Of a stretch of DNA of 64,000 nucleotides, positions 19,775 through 30,556 are shown one piece after another (positions within the stretch are counted from its first letter, which is position 1; each line of letters begins with the position of its first letter). The translations under genes and the position numbers were made by a program. The notes below the pieces were generated by a model, which saw only the letters and a list, made by a program, of their open reading frames with translations, ran no database searches and was not told the DNA's origin. The DNA comes from Candidatus Terrybacteria bacterium RIFCSPHIGHO2_01_FULL_48_17. GTDB lineage: Bacteria > Patescibacteriota > Minisyncoccia > Terrybacterales > 2-01-FULL-58-14. The DNA is taken from contig MHSS01000013.1 in NCBI GenBank assembly GCA_001822835.1, positions 10,321-74,320 on the forward strand. The letters run 5' to 3'.

Positions 19775-20818
19775 CTAATGGGCAAGTTTTTTCTTGAGGT
19801 CTTCGATAATATTGACGGCAATAGCATCAAGCATAAGGCGTTCCGCAAGAGCGGAAGAGAAGGCGAGCCCCAGCACATACATGTAAAATATACGAACAAG
19901 CTCTGTTTCCCCTTTTGCTTTTATCACGCGAAAAGGGATATGAGCTCTTTTTATAAATGTCGTCGTAATACGCATTCGCTTTTTAATACGTGTATGTTCC
20001 CGTGGGTCTTGCAGAATAAAAGCCGTAAGGATGTCGTGGTAAGCGCGCTGCCTGTTTGAAAGGTTATCATATATATTTACCTCGTTGTGATTGAGTTCCG
20101 GAAACGCATGCATAAACGCCGGAATTTTTGCGTTTTCATTAATATTTGTTTTCCAGGAATATGCAACGGCTTCCATTCGTGAAGATCCAAGAATCATGGG
20201 AATGCGTCCATCAACCAGGCGGGCAAGCTTTTTCCCTTCTACAATCAGGGTTTCTATATTAAGTTGCCTTTCCAGCGCGGCAATCTGTCGTGGGAGAGAT
20301 GTAGGCGCAAGGCCAAGTTTCGTAAGTACCATCGCAAACGCTCCAAATTGTACTCCGGTTGCAAATCGCGGGGGGATGCCGGTCGGTATTTGCGCAAGAG
20401 GCACGCCATCTCGCCTGGCGCGTTCCGCGAGCTTTCCTCCCGATGCTATGGCTACAATGTGTAATTGTCTTTTTCGTGCTTCATCATACGCAGAAAGCGC
20501 CTCTTCGGTATTTCCTGAATATGAGATCACGAGAACAAGAGAACGTGCCTTTTGGGGGAAATGGGGTAATCCGTAATCGCGATGAATGGCAATCGGCACT
20601 TTAATGCCATAGCCCGTATCACGCAATCCCTCAAAAATTGAAGCAGCCAAGGCAGAGCCCCCCATGCCGCAGACGATAACATGAGTTACCTCATGTGGTA
20701 TTTTTCTCACATTTGACGCCCTTCCTGCGGCAAGGCCTTGGGAAAATTGTGCAGGAAAACCGCGGATAAGCTTCCACGCCTCCTTCGCTGGCTTATTTGT
20801 CTGTATTCGTTTTCTCAT
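19775..20818 (-). CDS. bifunctional phosphoglucose/phosphomannose isomerase (SIS domain)
   Basis: CGMGGSA, ISYSGNTEE, NENAK, PELNHNE. Confidence 0.93.
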   Translation of the reverse strand: MRKRIQTNKPAKEAWKLIRGFPAQFSQGLAAGRASNVRKIPHEVTHVIVCGMGGSALAASIFEGLRDTGYGIKVPIAIHRDYGLPHFPQKARSLVLVISYSGNTEEALSAYDEARKRQLHIVAIASGGKLAERARRDGVPLAQIPTGIPPRFATGVQFGAFAMVLTKLGLAPTSLPRQIAALERQLNIETLIVEGKKLARLVDGRIPMILGSSRMEAVAYSWKTNINENAKIPAFMHAFPELNHNEVNIYDNLSNRQRAYHDILTAFILQDPREHTRIKKRMRITTTFIKRAHIPFRVIKAKGETELVRIFYMYVLGLAFSSALAERLMLDAIAVNIIEDLKKKLAH

Positions 20819-20833
20819 TTGTGTTGATTCACA

Positions 20834-22666
20834 TTACTTTGGCACGCGCTTGGTAACCACGTACCACTTTTCTATAGTAGCAAATCGGTGCTGGGATGCG
20901 GGTAAAAATTCAATTGTAACCTCTTTAACCCGGTTATCAACGATATAGTGGAAGCGCTCGCTCCACAAGAAAATAGCCGGAAGATCTTGTGCAATAAGTT
21001 GCTGCACTTTTTGTGCAACACCTTGACGCATATCGGGATCTTGCAGTTTGCGTCCCTCTTGTAAAAGATCATCAACATTGTCGTTATCATAGAGCGCGAG
21101 ATTTCTTCCCGGGTCGAATTTTTGGGAGGAATGAAATAGCGTAAAAAGATCCGGATCCGGAAAAATATCCACACCAACAAGTAATGCCGTGTAGCTTCGC
21201 TGCTCGATCGTATCTCGAAGCTCTGCCGCGGGTAACACCTGAATGTCCACCCCAACGCCAACAGCCCGCCATTGCTCCGCAATCGTTTGTGCTACATTTT
21301 CAAGCTCGCCCTCCGTGGTAGTTATGGTAACGCGAAGCTCAATCACATTTGGTTCTTCCCCTTTGCGACGCATACGCGGCGTTTCTCCCTCGGTATTGTC
21401 GCTGGTATTTTCCTCGGGGAAGGCCCACCCATCTGCCTCTAAGATATTGCGGCTATGTTCCGGCGCGTAATCATATACGGGAAGTTCGTTTGTAAAACCC
21501 TTCACTTTTTTGGGTAAAGGGCCATTAAGAACTTCACCCGCTTCTTGTCCTCCCAGCGTCTCTAGAATCTTATTTTTGTCTGTGGCATAGGCCAGAGCTT
21601 TTCGGACTACGGAATCAGCCAGAGCTTTAGACAGGGTTTGGTTAAAATAGACCGCAAATATGCGTGGCATTGGAGGGCGCATGACATGAGTTCCTGGTGT
21701 GAGGGTTATATCATTAAGCATGCTTTCAGAAATCCCCGACACCGCATCTAATTCTTGCCGGGTAAATGCGGAAAGCGCATCTTGGGGTGTCTCGAAGAGT
21801 CGCAGTATTACCGAGTCGATATATGGTTGTCGACGCGAGGACTCGTTGCGTTCGAGGGTAAATGATATAAATACCCCCTCGCGTGTACGTTCAAATTTTG
21901 CAAGTCGATACGGTCCAAGCCCAACCGGTTTAAGATTAAGCTCTGAAAGCGAAATATTTTCCGGCTCAACGTCTTGCCAAAGGTGTTTGGGCAGGATTCC
22001 AAGGGTCGTCGCATGCAGCAAAGGCGCGAATGGTGCGGGAAGCGTAAACCGAACCGTACGCTCATCCATCGCTTCTGCTTCTACCCCGAGCCATTGAGTA
22101 AAGAAAGGGGAGCGCACAGCAGGATTTTGTACAAGCTGAACAGTAAAAATGACGTCTTCTGCCGTTACTTTTTCTCCGTCAGGCCATTTAAGATCGTTTT
22201 TGAGAGTAAATTCGATAACCTTCCCAAACTCGCCTAAAGCATATTGTTCTGCAATATCTGGTTCGAGTTCCCCCTCGGCGTTATAACGCATAAGCCCGGC
22301 ATAGGTGAGTACAACCAAGTCGCGATCAGCCGTGGTCGCGGGAATTACAGGGTTGATAAAGAGCACTTGGCCGGAAACTCCCTCGGTAAAAGTACCGCCG
22401 CGCGCGGAAACCGTTACGGTTTCACGCACGTATAATACCGATCCGATGAGTATCAGTCCTGCCAGAGTCAGGGCAATGCCTGTGCTCAATGCTACGCGTT
22501 CGCGAAACGTGAGGGATCGCGGAAATGCAAAAAGCTGCCGCAAGGCAGGCAGTTTCCGTGTTGATTGTTTCCAGCCAGGAAAGTTGAGTGCTTGAGAAAG
22601 AAAAAGAGCGGTACGCCTCTTAAGCGAGAACGCCGCCTTTTTAAGGGCTTGAAATACGGGGGGCAT
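20834..22666 (-). CDS. ABC transporter peptide/nickel-type substrate-binding protein (family 5)
   Basis: YAGLMRY, W.DGEKVTAEDVIFT, GILPKHLW, PVGLGPY; start codon uncertain. Confidence 0.9.
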   Translation of the reverse strand: MPPVFQALKKAAFSLKRRTALFLSQALNFPGWKQSTRKLPALRQLFAFPRSLTFRERVALSTGIALTLAGLILIGSVLYVRETVTVSARGGTFTEGVSGQVLFINPVIPATTADRDLVVLTYAGLMRYNAEGELEPDIAEQYALGEFGKVIEFTLKNDLKWPDGEKVTAEDVIFTVQLVQNPAVRSPFFTQWLGVEAEAMDERTVRFTLPAPFAPLLHATTLGILPKHLWQDVEPENISLSELNLKPVGLGPYRLAKFERTREGVFISFTLERNESSRRQPYIDSVILRLFETPQDALSAFTRQELDAVSGISESMLNDITLTPGTHVMRPPMPRIFAVYFNQTLSKALADSVVRKALAYATDKNKILETLGGQEAGEVLNGPLPKKVKGFTNELPVYDYAPEHSRNILEADGWAFPEENTSDNTEGETPRMRRKGEEPNVIELRVTITTTEGELENVAQTIAEQWRAVGVGVDIQVLPAAELRDTIEQRSYTALLVGVDIFPDPDLFTLFHSSQKFDPGRNLALYDNDNVDDLLQEGRKLQDPDMRQGVAQKVQQLIAQDLPAIFLWSERFHYIVDNRVKEVTIEFLPASQHRFATIEKWYVVTKRVPK

Positions 22667-22682
22667 GGAAAAAAGCCGCACT

Positions 22683-22904
22683 TTAAGAGAACAAGAGATT
22701 TGCAACGGCAATTGCTAAAAATCCGATTGCGAGTGCGATTGTTGCGCGAAAGAGGAGCTTTTCAACCCCGCGACGAGAAGCAAATACATTTCCTTCGCCG
22801 CCAAAGGCAGACCCAAGACCGGTTCCGCGTTGTTGCAACAAGATCGTACTGATAAGCAAAACCGCGAAGACGATTTGTAGGATATTCAGAATTAAATTCA
22901 GCAT
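22683..22904 (-). CDS. secG: preprotein translocase subunit SecG
   Basis: ILLQQRGTGLGSAFGG...RRGVEK, two TM segments. Confidence 0.93.
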   Translation of the reverse strand: MLNLILNILQIVFAVLLISTILLQQRGTGLGSAFGGEGNVFASRRGVEKLLFRATIALAIGFLAIAVANLLFS

Positions 22905-22910
22905 ATCTAG

Positions 22911-23249
22911 TTATATAAGGAAGTGTACCACTCCTAACATAAGCGAGGTAAGCACAAGCGGTAGGATACCATTGATGGTAAGCTGCGGCAAGAGAAGGTC
23001 CAAAAACCAAAGCATCCCAAGGTTTATCACGATGCCAAAAAGGCCTGCGGTAAGGATCAATAAGGGAAATGACAACAGTTTTACCAGTGGCTTCATCAGC
23101 GCGTTGATAACGCCAAGAACGAGTCCGGCAATCACAAGCTCATATCCCTCGCCGGTCCATTCAATAGAGTTGGGGAAGTATTGGGGTAGGAGCCATACGG
23201 CAAGCCATAGACCCAATGTGTTTTCGAGTATGGTTATAGCAAAAACCAT
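22911..23249 (-). CDS. phage holin family (YvlD-like 4TM) membrane protein
   Basis: LVLGVINALMKPLVKLLSFPLLILTAGLFGIVIN motif. Confidence 0.85.
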   Translation of the reverse strand: MVFAITILENTLGLWLAVWLLPQYFPNSIEWTGEGYELVIAGLVLGVINALMKPLVKLLSFPLLILTAGLFGIVINLGMLWFLDLLLPQLTINGILPLVLTSLMLGVVHFLI

Positions 23250-23350
23250 GGGTGTTTTTATGGTAGCATTTTTGGATGGCGGCAACACCCTTGACAGAAG
23301 CGTCTTACAATGCTAACCTCTTATTAGCTGTTTTACAGAAGGGAGAAGAG

Positions 23351-23596
23351 ATGGAATCTCAAGCCGAATTCCTGCAGTTTGTGTTGGCGTCGCTGGGGGC
23401 AGGGTTTGCTTCCATTGTTGCTTTTGTTTGTGGGATAGTATCCGCTGTTCAAATGGTGCGCGCGACCGATGAATGGGATCGTAACAGGGATGCATGGCCC
23501 GATGCGCGTTGGTCGATTTTGTTCTTTGTGATTGCTTGTTTGATGGCCAGCGCAGCCGCAACATTAAGCGTTGTTGCGTGGTACCTCCAGAATTAG
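23351..23596 (+). CDS. hypothetical small membrane protein
   Basis: TTGACA promoter at ~23291, AAGGGAG SD, two TM segments, GCGCCC/GGGCGC hairpin after the stop. Confidence 0.6.
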   Translation: MESQAEFLQFVLASLGAGFASIVAFVCGIVSAVQMVRATDEWDRNRDAWPDARWSILFFVIACLMASAAATLSVVAWYLQN

Positions 23597-23624
23597 CAAA
23601 ATACGCGCCCCAGAGGGCGCGTTC

Positions 23625-24947
23625 TTATTTTATTTCACGCAGCTTATGATGATAAGCGCGCGCGAATCTGTGCGCCTCATCGCGTACGTGCATGAGAAGT
23701 AAGCGGAAGGGGTGATTTTGGGGGAGCCCGATGGGTTCTTTTTTGTCCGGCACGTAAATCTCTTCGTGTTTTTTGGCTAGTGCAAGCACGAGCGGTTTTT
23801 TCTGTACTCGGTACCTCAAACCCTGCAACGCCACTAGAGCAGTGTTAAGCTGCGGCTTTCCGCCATCAATGAGGATTATATCGGGCAAAGCCCACTCGGT
23901 ATGCCGTATGCGTCGCATAAGCACTTCCTTTATCATTGCTACATCATTCGCACCAACCACTGTTTTGATCCGAAATTTCCGATATTCGTTTTTGTTAGGC
24001 GTAAGATATTTGTGTAAATTCGTTTTCCCATTTGTATTAATTCGTGTGCCATCAAATACCACCATTGAAGCCGTTGCGGCAGTGCCTTGAATATTTGAAA
24101 TATCATACCCCTCGATTCTCCATGTCGTAGGTTCGTTTTGAGGAAGTATGCTATGCAGTCCGGGGGGCAACCCCCCCAGTAATTTTGTATCTCGTGTTTT
24201 GTATCTTGTATGGTGGGCTTCAAGCACCGTTTTGTGCTCGAATATTCTCGCGAGGCCGTAAATTTCATCTCTTATGTTTGCCGCTTTCTCAAAATCTTCT
24301 TTGTAAGCGGTCTCTCCCATTTCTTTTTCCAGTTTTTTCAAAAGATCTGTTTTTTGGCCTCGAAGCACCGCTTGAATGTTTTCTATATTTCGTCGATATC
24401 TTTTCTTAAGCGTTGATAACTGATCCTTGTTTTCTGGCAACTTATAGGGAATAGGACAGAGACCAAGATCGTACCATAAACAATGTTTCGGTATGCCTTT
24501 GTGGGCAGCATAGGGAAAGATCCGGCGAAGCAGGCGGAGCGTTTTTTTAAGCGCCGCGGCATCGGTGAACGGCCCGATTATCGTTTCAAGCCCCTCTGTA
24601 TTTCGGCGGACATATACAACCCGCGGGAATTCTTCTTTGGTAAAACCAACAGAAAGGTATGTTTTATCGTCGCGCAAGAGCACGTTGTATGGCGGGCGAT
24701 TTTTTTTGATAAGTTTCGCTTCCAAAATCAATGCCTCAATTTCGGATTCTGTACCTTGTACCCTAAACCCCGCTATCTTGTTGACCATTGCCCGCTTAAC
24801 CGGTTCAAGCTCCGCATTTTTTCTAAAATACGATTGCAGTCGGCTTCTCAAATTTGTTGCTTTTCCGATATATAAAATCTTTCCCTTGCGGTCGAGGAAA
24901 AAATATACTCCCGGGGTTTGCGGTGCTTTAGAAACGTTGACTGCCAT
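23625..24947 (-). CDS. uvrC: excinuclease ABC subunit C (short form lacking the C-terminal HhH)
   Basis: GIY-YIG (PGVYFF...YIGKA.NLRSRL), UVR domain, IEGYDISN, IDGGKPQL, RDEAHRFA. Confidence 0.92.
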   Translation of the reverse strand: MAVNVSKAPQTPGVYFFLDRKGKILYIGKATNLRSRLQSYFRKNAELEPVKRAMVNKIAGFRVQGTESEIEALILEAKLIKKNRPPYNVLLRDDKTYLSVGFTKEEFPRVVYVRRNTEGLETIIGPFTDAAALKKTLRLLRRIFPYAAHKGIPKHCLWYDLGLCPIPYKLPENKDQLSTLKKRYRRNIENIQAVLRGQKTDLLKKLEKEMGETAYKEDFEKAANIRDEIYGLARIFEHKTVLEAHHTRYKTRDTKLLGGLPPGLHSILPQNEPTTWRIEGYDISNIQGTAATASMVVFDGTRINTNGKTNLHKYLTPNKNEYRKFRIKTVVGANDVAMIKEVLMRRIRHTEWALPDIILIDGGKPQLNTALVALQGLRYRVQKKPLVLALAKKHEEIYVPDKKEPIGLPQNHPFRLLLMHVRDEAHRFARAYHHKLREIK

Positions 24948-25004
24948 AATACTCTATGGTATAGGTAAGGCGTGTTTTTTTACAAGCGAAAGGGAGGGTA
25001 ATCT

Positions 25005-25454
25005 ATGGACGTACGCGAGATTCCGAGAATGCTTTTTAAAGAGTTTGCTTGTGGCATTCATGAAAAACCGCACCCGCGCCTATCACAGCATGCAGCATTG
25101 GTAGGCGCGATTTCGGGATTGGAACATGGGGTAATTGCGCTTGAGGAATCTGTTTTTGGAAACATTACGGTTTCGCTTTATGCTTTCGAGGAAGATGTGC
25201 ACGAATGGCATCGCCGCATTTTTGAGATTCGTGCAGGCACGTCTGATGCTGGTCACTGGGCATATGGAAGCGGAAATCTTATGGAGGAGAATATCTGGTT
25301 CTCGGTTAAGAATGAGCATCCTCTTGGGAGTGCGACTGCGCTTATGGCAAAGATGCTCACACGAGCATCCGAGCTTGCGCTTTCGGTGGCAATAGAAAAA
25401 ACAGGATTCTGGGAATGTGATCGTAACCCTGAAGGTGATTATTCAAAACCTTGA
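25005..25454 (+). CDS. hypothetical protein
   Basis: 149-aa ORF with GGGAGG SD. Confidence 0.6.
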   Translation: MDVREIPRMLFKEFACGIHEKPHPRLSQHAALVGAISGLEHGVIALEESVFGNITVSLYAFEEDVHEWHRRIFEIRAGTSDAGHWAYGSGNLMEENIWFSVKNEHPLGSATALMAKMLTRASELALSVAIEKTGFWECDRNPEGDYSKP

Positions 25455-25472
25455 TAGTAAGAAGGAGGTCTA

Positions 25473-25706
25473 GTGGTGATAACAGCGATCGTTACAGCAA
25501 TTATCGCGTTCGTGCTTTTGATCTGGGTCGCTTCTGGGATGAATTATCACTATTTAATAGTTCTACTGAAGGCCGATTTACGCGGAATGCCATTGTGGTT
25601 TGCGCTGTTGTTGTTCGTGCCCGCGGTCTTACTCGGGCCTTTTGCGGGGCGGGTGATTGAACCGCTTCTAGATCGCCATTACCCCTACCCGGAAGATGAG
25701 CAGTGA
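25473..25706 (+). CDS. hypothetical small membrane protein
   Basis: AGGAGG SD, GTG start, two TM segments, terminator GAGCCC/GGGCTC-TTTTT at ~25738-25760. Confidence 0.6.
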   Translation: MVITAIVTAIIAFVLLIWVASGMNYHYLIVLLKADLRGMPLWFALLLFVPAVLLGPFAGRVIEPLLDRHYPYPEDEQ

Positions 25707-25777
25707 GAGAAGACCGAAACCGAATAACGGGTAACACGAGCCCTCACTGGGCTCTTTTTGTTTGTGCACCATCAGGG

Positions 25778-25806
25778 TTGCGCAGGGCTTGACACGGCCG
25801 TATAAT
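25778..25806 (+). promoter_or_regulatory. sigma70-type promoter of uvrA leader
   Basis: TTGCGC-N17-TATAAT. Confidence 0.65.
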
Positions 25807-25814
25807 AAGTAACT

Positions 25815-25946
25815 ATGCCCCGTTAGAGGATTGCGGGGCGATGATGGATGGTGTCGTAAAACCATTATCTATATCTTGAAAGACGTCGTAAAAGTCCGAG
25901 GACCTTTACGACCATTCGCGATAGCGGTAATTCTCTAACAGGGTAT
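25815..25946 (+). ncRNA. structured 5' leader or sRNA of uvrA (unassigned)
   Basis: ATGCCCCGTTAGAGGATT pairs with AATTCTCTAACAGGGTAT, covering the uvrA start; two internal hairpins. Confidence 0.5.
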
Positions 25947-28821
25947 GCCCGAACCAGACGTAATTCGTATCAAAGGTGCCCGCGTCCATAATCTCAAAAA
26001 CGTGGATGTGGACATTCCGCGCAATAAGCTCGTGGTGATCACGGGCATTTCTGGTTCGGGAAAGTCGTCGTTGGCGTTTGATACATTGTATGCGGACGGC
26101 CAGCGCAGATACGTTGAATCGTTGTCTGCCTACGCGCGCCAATTTTTGGGCGCCATGGAAAAGCCGGACGTGGACACCATTGAAGGGATTTCACCCGCAA
26201 TCGCCATTGACCAAAAAAGCGTGTTGCGCAATCCGCGCTCCACGGTAGGCACCATTACCGAAATTTACGATTACTTGCGGCTTTTGTTTGCACGCGTAGG
26301 AACGCCGCATTGTCCTGAATGCGGACGCGGGGTATCTGCACAAACGCCAACGCAGATCGTGCGACAAATCTTGGCTTTGCCCAAAAAAACAGAAATTTCT
26401 CTTTTGGCTCCTATCGTCCGTGAACGGAAAGGAGAGTATCGCTCACTTCTTGAAGAGATTGGCCGTGCTGGGTTCCGCCGTCTGCGCCTTGATAGCGAGA
26501 CCTTGCCGCTGGAAGAAGCACTAGAAAGGAAGCTTGAGCGCTACAAAGCCCACTCTATTGAAGTTGTGATTGATCGTCTAACGGTCGGGGGTTCAAAAGA
26601 TGACAAACTGCGCATTTCCTCATCAGTAGAGACGGCCCTGAAAATGGGTAAAGGAATACTCATTGTTAATAAATCCAAAGCTCAAAGCACAAAATCTAAA
26701 AACGATACCGAGGATTTATTGTTTTCGGAGGCGTTAGCGTGTGAACACTGCGGGATTAATCTTCCGCCCATTGAGCCGCGCACTTTCTCATTTAATTCTC
26801 CGCATGGCGCATGCCCCGTATGTACCGGCATCGGCTATAAATTGGAGGTTGACTCAAAATTGGTTATACCAAACCCGCGTCTCTCAATTGCCGAGGGCGC
26901 GATTAAAGCGTGGATGTCTGCATCACATCGGGTAGGAAGGCAATCGTGGTACTGGTGGATGCTCGAGGAGCTTGCCCAAAAACTTGGATTTGATGTAAAT
27001 ACGCCATGGGAGAAGCTTTCCGCCAAAGTGCAAAAAGTGGTGCTCTATGGAGAAGAACAGGATACGGGGGAAAGGATACAGGGGACAGATGGCACCGACG
27101 GGAGATTCGAAGGGGTGATCCCAAACTTAATGCGGAGATGGAAGGAAACGGATTCTGATTGGACGCGCGGCGAGATTGAAAAATATATGCGCATTCGGAT
27201 ATGCGAGGCCTGCCAAGGGAAACGCCTTCGGCCTGAAGCGCTTGCCGTTAAAATCCACGGCCATACTATTGATGAAGTAACAGCGCTGAGCATTGAAGCT
27301 CTCGATGCTTTTTTCCGTACGTTTCTTTTCGGAAAAGAAAAATTAAGCGCAAACGAAGCAAAAATCGCAAAACCAATCGTAAAAGAGGTATTAAATCGTC
27401 TTAAGTTTTTATTAGAGGTTGGGTTGCCGTATCTTGCGCTTGATCGTTCGTCGACCACATTAGCAGGCGGCGAAGCACAACGGATACGGCTCGCAACGCA
27501 AATTGGCACGCGTCTGACGGGGGTGCTTTATATTTTGGATGAACCCTCCATCGGGCTTCATGCGCGCGACCAGGAGCGACTCATCGAAACGCTGAAGGAA
27601 TTACGCGACTTGGGCAATACGGTTGTAGTGGTTGAGCACGACCCACAGACGATCAGGGCGGCAGATTGGGTTATTGATGTCGGTCCCGGAGCAGGGAAGC
27701 ATGGCGGCCGGATTACGTTTTCCGGAACACCAAAAGAGCTTTTTCGATCAAAAACGTTAACCGGTGAGTATCTTTCGGGAAAGAGAAAAATCGCTGTTCT
27801 TCCAACAGGAAAACAGAAAGAAAAAGGAGAAACGAAGTATTTGGTTGTGAAGGGCGCGCGCGAACACAACCTGAAACATATTGATGTTTCGATTCCGCTT
27901 GGAAAATTTGTGTGTGTTTCTGGCGTTTCCGGATCGGGCAAGTCATCTTTGGTCAACGATATTTTGGGTCGGGCTCTCATAAGATATTTTTGGAAGGCAA
28001 AAGATGAGCCGGGAGCGCACGCCAGTTTGGAGGGTCTTGAATATTTGAATAAAGCAATCATTGTTGACCAATCACCCATAGGTCGCACACCACGTTCAAA
28101 TCCGGCAACATATACGGGTGCATTTACGCCCATTCGCGACCTTTTTGCATCAACGAAAGAAGCGAAGGTGCGTGGTTATGGCGCCGGCCGTTTTTCATTT
28201 AATGTAAAGGGCGGCAGATGCGAAACGTGTCAAGGTGAGGGAATGCAAAAAATCGAGATGCAGTTTTTGCCGGACGTGTGGGTTGAGTGCGAAGAGTGCA
28301 ACGGCACGCGTTATACCAAAGAGGCGCTTGAGATTGAATGGCATGGAAAAAACATCGCCGAAGTTCTGACTATGACGATTGAGGAAGCAGCAGCATTTTT
28401 TTCCTCGATTTCATCAGTATCTACAAAATTGCAGACCCTTACGGACGTAGGGTTAGGTTATATGCAGCTTGGACAGCCAGCCACCACGCTTTCCGGTGGT
28501 GAGGCGCAACGGGTGAAACTTGCGACAGAGCTTGCGCGGAAAGCAACCGGCAAAACGCTCTATATTTTGGACGAACCGACAACGGGCTTGCACTTTTCCG
28601 ATATCGAAAAATTATTGAAACTTTTGCGCGGCCTGGTCGAAAAGGGTAATACTGTTTTGGTGATCGAACACAACCTTGATGTCATCGCTAATGCCGATTG
28701 GGTGATTGATTTAGGGCCCGAAGGGGGAGAGGGTGGAGGGCACATTATTGCCAGCGGGAGGCCTTTGGATCTTATAAAAAATAGCAAAAGCTACACAGGT
28801 CAGTTTTTGAGAAAAAGGTGA
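25945..28821 (+). CDS. uvrA: excinuclease ABC subunit A
   Basis: [20 protein letters not shown], two ABC cassettes with zinc fingers, [14 protein letters not shown]. Confidence 0.98.
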   Translation: MPEPDVIRIKGARVHNLKNVDVDIPRNKLVVITGISGSGKSSLAFDTLYADGQRRYVESLSAYARQFLGAMEKPDVDTIEGISPAIAIDQKSVLRNPRSTVGTITEIYDYLRLLFARVGTPHCPECGRGVSAQTPTQIVRQILALPKKTEISLLAPIVRERKGEYRSLLEEIGRAGFRRLRLDSETLPLEEALERKLERYKAHSIEVVIDRLTVGGSKDDKLRISSSVETALKMGKGILIVNKSKAQSTKSKNDTEDLLFSEALACEHCGINLPPIEPRTFSFNSPHGACPVCTGIGYKLEVDSKLVIPNPRLSIAEGAIKAWMSASHRVGRQSWYWWMLEELAQKLGFDVNTPWEKLSAKVQKVVLYGEEQDTGERIQGTDGTDGRFEGVIPNLMRRWKETDSDWTRGEIEKYMRIRICEACQGKRLRPEALAVKIHGHTIDEVTALSIEALDAFFRTFLFGKEKLSANEAKIAKPIVKEVLNRLKFLLEVGLPYLALDRSSTTLAGGEAQRIRLATQIGTRLTGVLYILDEPSIGLHARDQERLIETLKELRDLGNTVVVVEHDPQTIRAADWVIDVGPGAGKHGGRITFSGTPKELFRSKTLTGEYLSGKRKIAVLPTGKQKEKGETKYLVVKGAREHNLKHIDVSIPLGKFVCVSGVSGSGKSSLVNDILGRALIRYFWKAKDEPGAHASLEGLEYLNKAIIVDQSPIGRTPRSNPATYTGAFTPIRDLFASTKEAKVRGYGAGRFSFNVKGGRCETCQGEGMQKIEMQFLPDVWVECEECNGTRYTKEALEIEWHGKNIAEVLTMTIEEAAAFFSSISSVSTKLQTLTDVGLGYMQLGQPATTLSGGEAQRVKLATELARKATGKTLYILDEPTTGLHFSDIEKLLKLLRGLVEKGNTVLVIEHNLDVIANADWVIDLGPEGGEGGGHIIASGRPLDLIKNSKSYTGQFLRKR

Positions 28822-28897
28822 GTATTTTCGATTGCGTTTGTGCTATACTAGAAGGGTCGAGATGGTCAGCAAATAATCGAGGTATCTTTTTATTGTT

Positions 28898-29407
28898 ATG
28901 AATCAAAAAATGCTTTTCATAATACTCGGATTGCTCGTGGTAGTGGCGGTAGGCGGGATTGTATGGTGGGTGGCGCAACCTCAATCTGTTCCTTCAACGC
29001 CTGAAAATCAGCCCGAAGAATCGTCCGAGGAGGTAAGCGACCAGCCGCCGCCGGAATATACCGATGAGCCCGGCATTGTGTTATTTACCGAACACACCAC
29101 CGCAACGGTGAGCCAAGAACTTGAGTTCGCTTGGTTGCTGAATGGTCCCGAAGGAAGCACGTCCATGCACACCGCAATACACTGGGGCGACATATCCCAT
29201 CCGGGATCGTTTGGTTCCGATGTTGCTCCTTCGCAGTCGGGATATCCCAATTTAACGAGCGATTTTGCAAACGGTGAGTTTGCTGTTCCTGAATTATTCA
29301 CCACAAAACTCTCATTTACGAAAGCCGGAACGTATTACTACCGCGTGCATGCTATCGTCGACGGACAAAATTACTGGACCTTTGAATATACGCTTGTAGT
29401 GGAATAA
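28898..29407 (+). CDS. hypothetical membrane-anchored protein with Ig-like C-terminal domain
   Basis: N-terminal TM, acidic linker, GTYYYRVHA.VDGQNYWT. Confidence 0.75.
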   Translation: MNQKMLFIILGLLVVVAVGGIVWWVAQPQSVPSTPENQPEESSEEVSDQPPPEYTDEPGIVLFTEHTTATVSQELEFAWLLNGPEGSTSMHTAIHWGDISHPGSFGSDVAPSQSGYPNLTSDFANGEFAVPELFTTKLSFTKAGTYYYRVHAIVDGQNYWTFEYTLVVE

Positions 29408-29520
29408 CAACAACATTGGAGCAAGGCCATGTGAACGTATTGGCAAAATAATAACGGATCGCTGGGCGATCCGTTATTCCTTTTCAGGGTATGAGAAATG
29501 GGCGAAAATGAAAGGGCGTT

Positions 29521-30528
29521 ATGTTCTCCCCCCTTGTTTTTGTCGCAGCTCTTGCTATTTTCCCGGCCCTTTTTTGGTTTTGGTTTTATTTCGTCTATCT
29601 TGCACGAACCGAGAAAGGAATAAGGAAAATAGGGATGGGCCTTTTTGTCGCGGGGCTAATTACCTCGGCTGCCGCATATGTTATCGAGCGTGCGGGTTTT
29701 GATCTGCTTCCTTCTTTCGGTGGCATTGGGGAATCGCTTCTTTTTATTTTCCGCGGAGGAACCCCAAGGGAAACTTCCGATATTTTGTGGTTGGCGCTGT
29801 ATAGTTTTCTTTTTGTTGCCCTTGTCGAAGAAGGAGTAAAATATATCGGCATTCGTCTTTTCGTGTTTCCTTCTCTTAAAGTTGACCGCGTGGTCGATAT
29901 GATCCGGGGCGGTGTTGCGATCGGTCTTGGTTTCGCGACCGCAGAAAACATTCTCTATTTTTTCGGGGCATTGGAAGGCGGAGGATTAGGGGAGCTTGCG
30001 GAGGTATTTTTTCTACGTTTTGCGTTGTCCACCTTTGCGCATACTCTCTATTCGGCAATCATGGCATATTATCTTGGAATCGCGAAATTTCATGTTCTGT
30101 ACCGCGCGCAATTTTTACGGTCAGCTCTTTTGCTGCCCGTGATAGTGCACGGGATATTTAATTTTTTTATTATTTTGGGAATAAACGTTGTCTCGCTTTT
30201 GGCATTAGCCATTGTGTTTGTGGTGTTACTTGGATGGTTTTCTTCTCGCATAAATTTTCAGGCATTTTTGCCGGCAGCCGAGGCCAAAAGAGCATTGCTT
30301 CCTCTTTTTCCGAATCGTAAAGAGTTTGAGGCATTCGTTTCTCATGAGAGAGTAACGTATGAGGTTATTCGAAAACTTGGGTTTTGCCCGTTTTGTCTGG
30401 CAAAAAAAGAATTTGCCGATCAGGAAACGTGTAAAAATTGCAATGCCAGGTTGCGACCCCCAAAAAGTACTAAACCAGAATTAATTTCAAAAAAAATTGA
30501 GGTATCGCCCGCCGATGTAGGAGAGTAA
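29521..30528 (+). CDS. PrsW family intramembrane metalloprotease with C-terminal zinc ribbon
   Basis: ALVEEGVK, GLGFATAEN, AH, HGIFN; CPFC...CKNC. Confidence 0.9.
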   Translation: MFSPLVFVAALAIFPALFWFWFYFVYLARTEKGIRKIGMGLFVAGLITSAAAYVIERAGFDLLPSFGGIGESLLFIFRGGTPRETSDILWLALYSFLFVALVEEGVKYIGIRLFVFPSLKVDRVVDMIRGGVAIGLGFATAENILYFFGALEGGGLGELAEVFFLRFALSTFAHTLYSAIMAYYLGIAKFHVLYRAQFLRSALLLPVIVHGIFNFFIILGINVVSLLALAIVFVVLLGWFSSRINFQAFLPAAEAKRALLPLFPNRKEFEAFVSHERVTYEVIRKLGFCPFCLAKKEFADQETCKNCNARLRPPKSTKPELISKKIEVSPADVGE

Positions 30529-30556
30529 GCCGTTAAGCTAAAAGCATAAAATTCAA

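Noticed and set aside
22911-23249. Holin-family gene as evidence of a prophage
   Set aside because: YvlD-like membrane proteins are common chromosomal genes, here next to secG; no other phage genes are nearby
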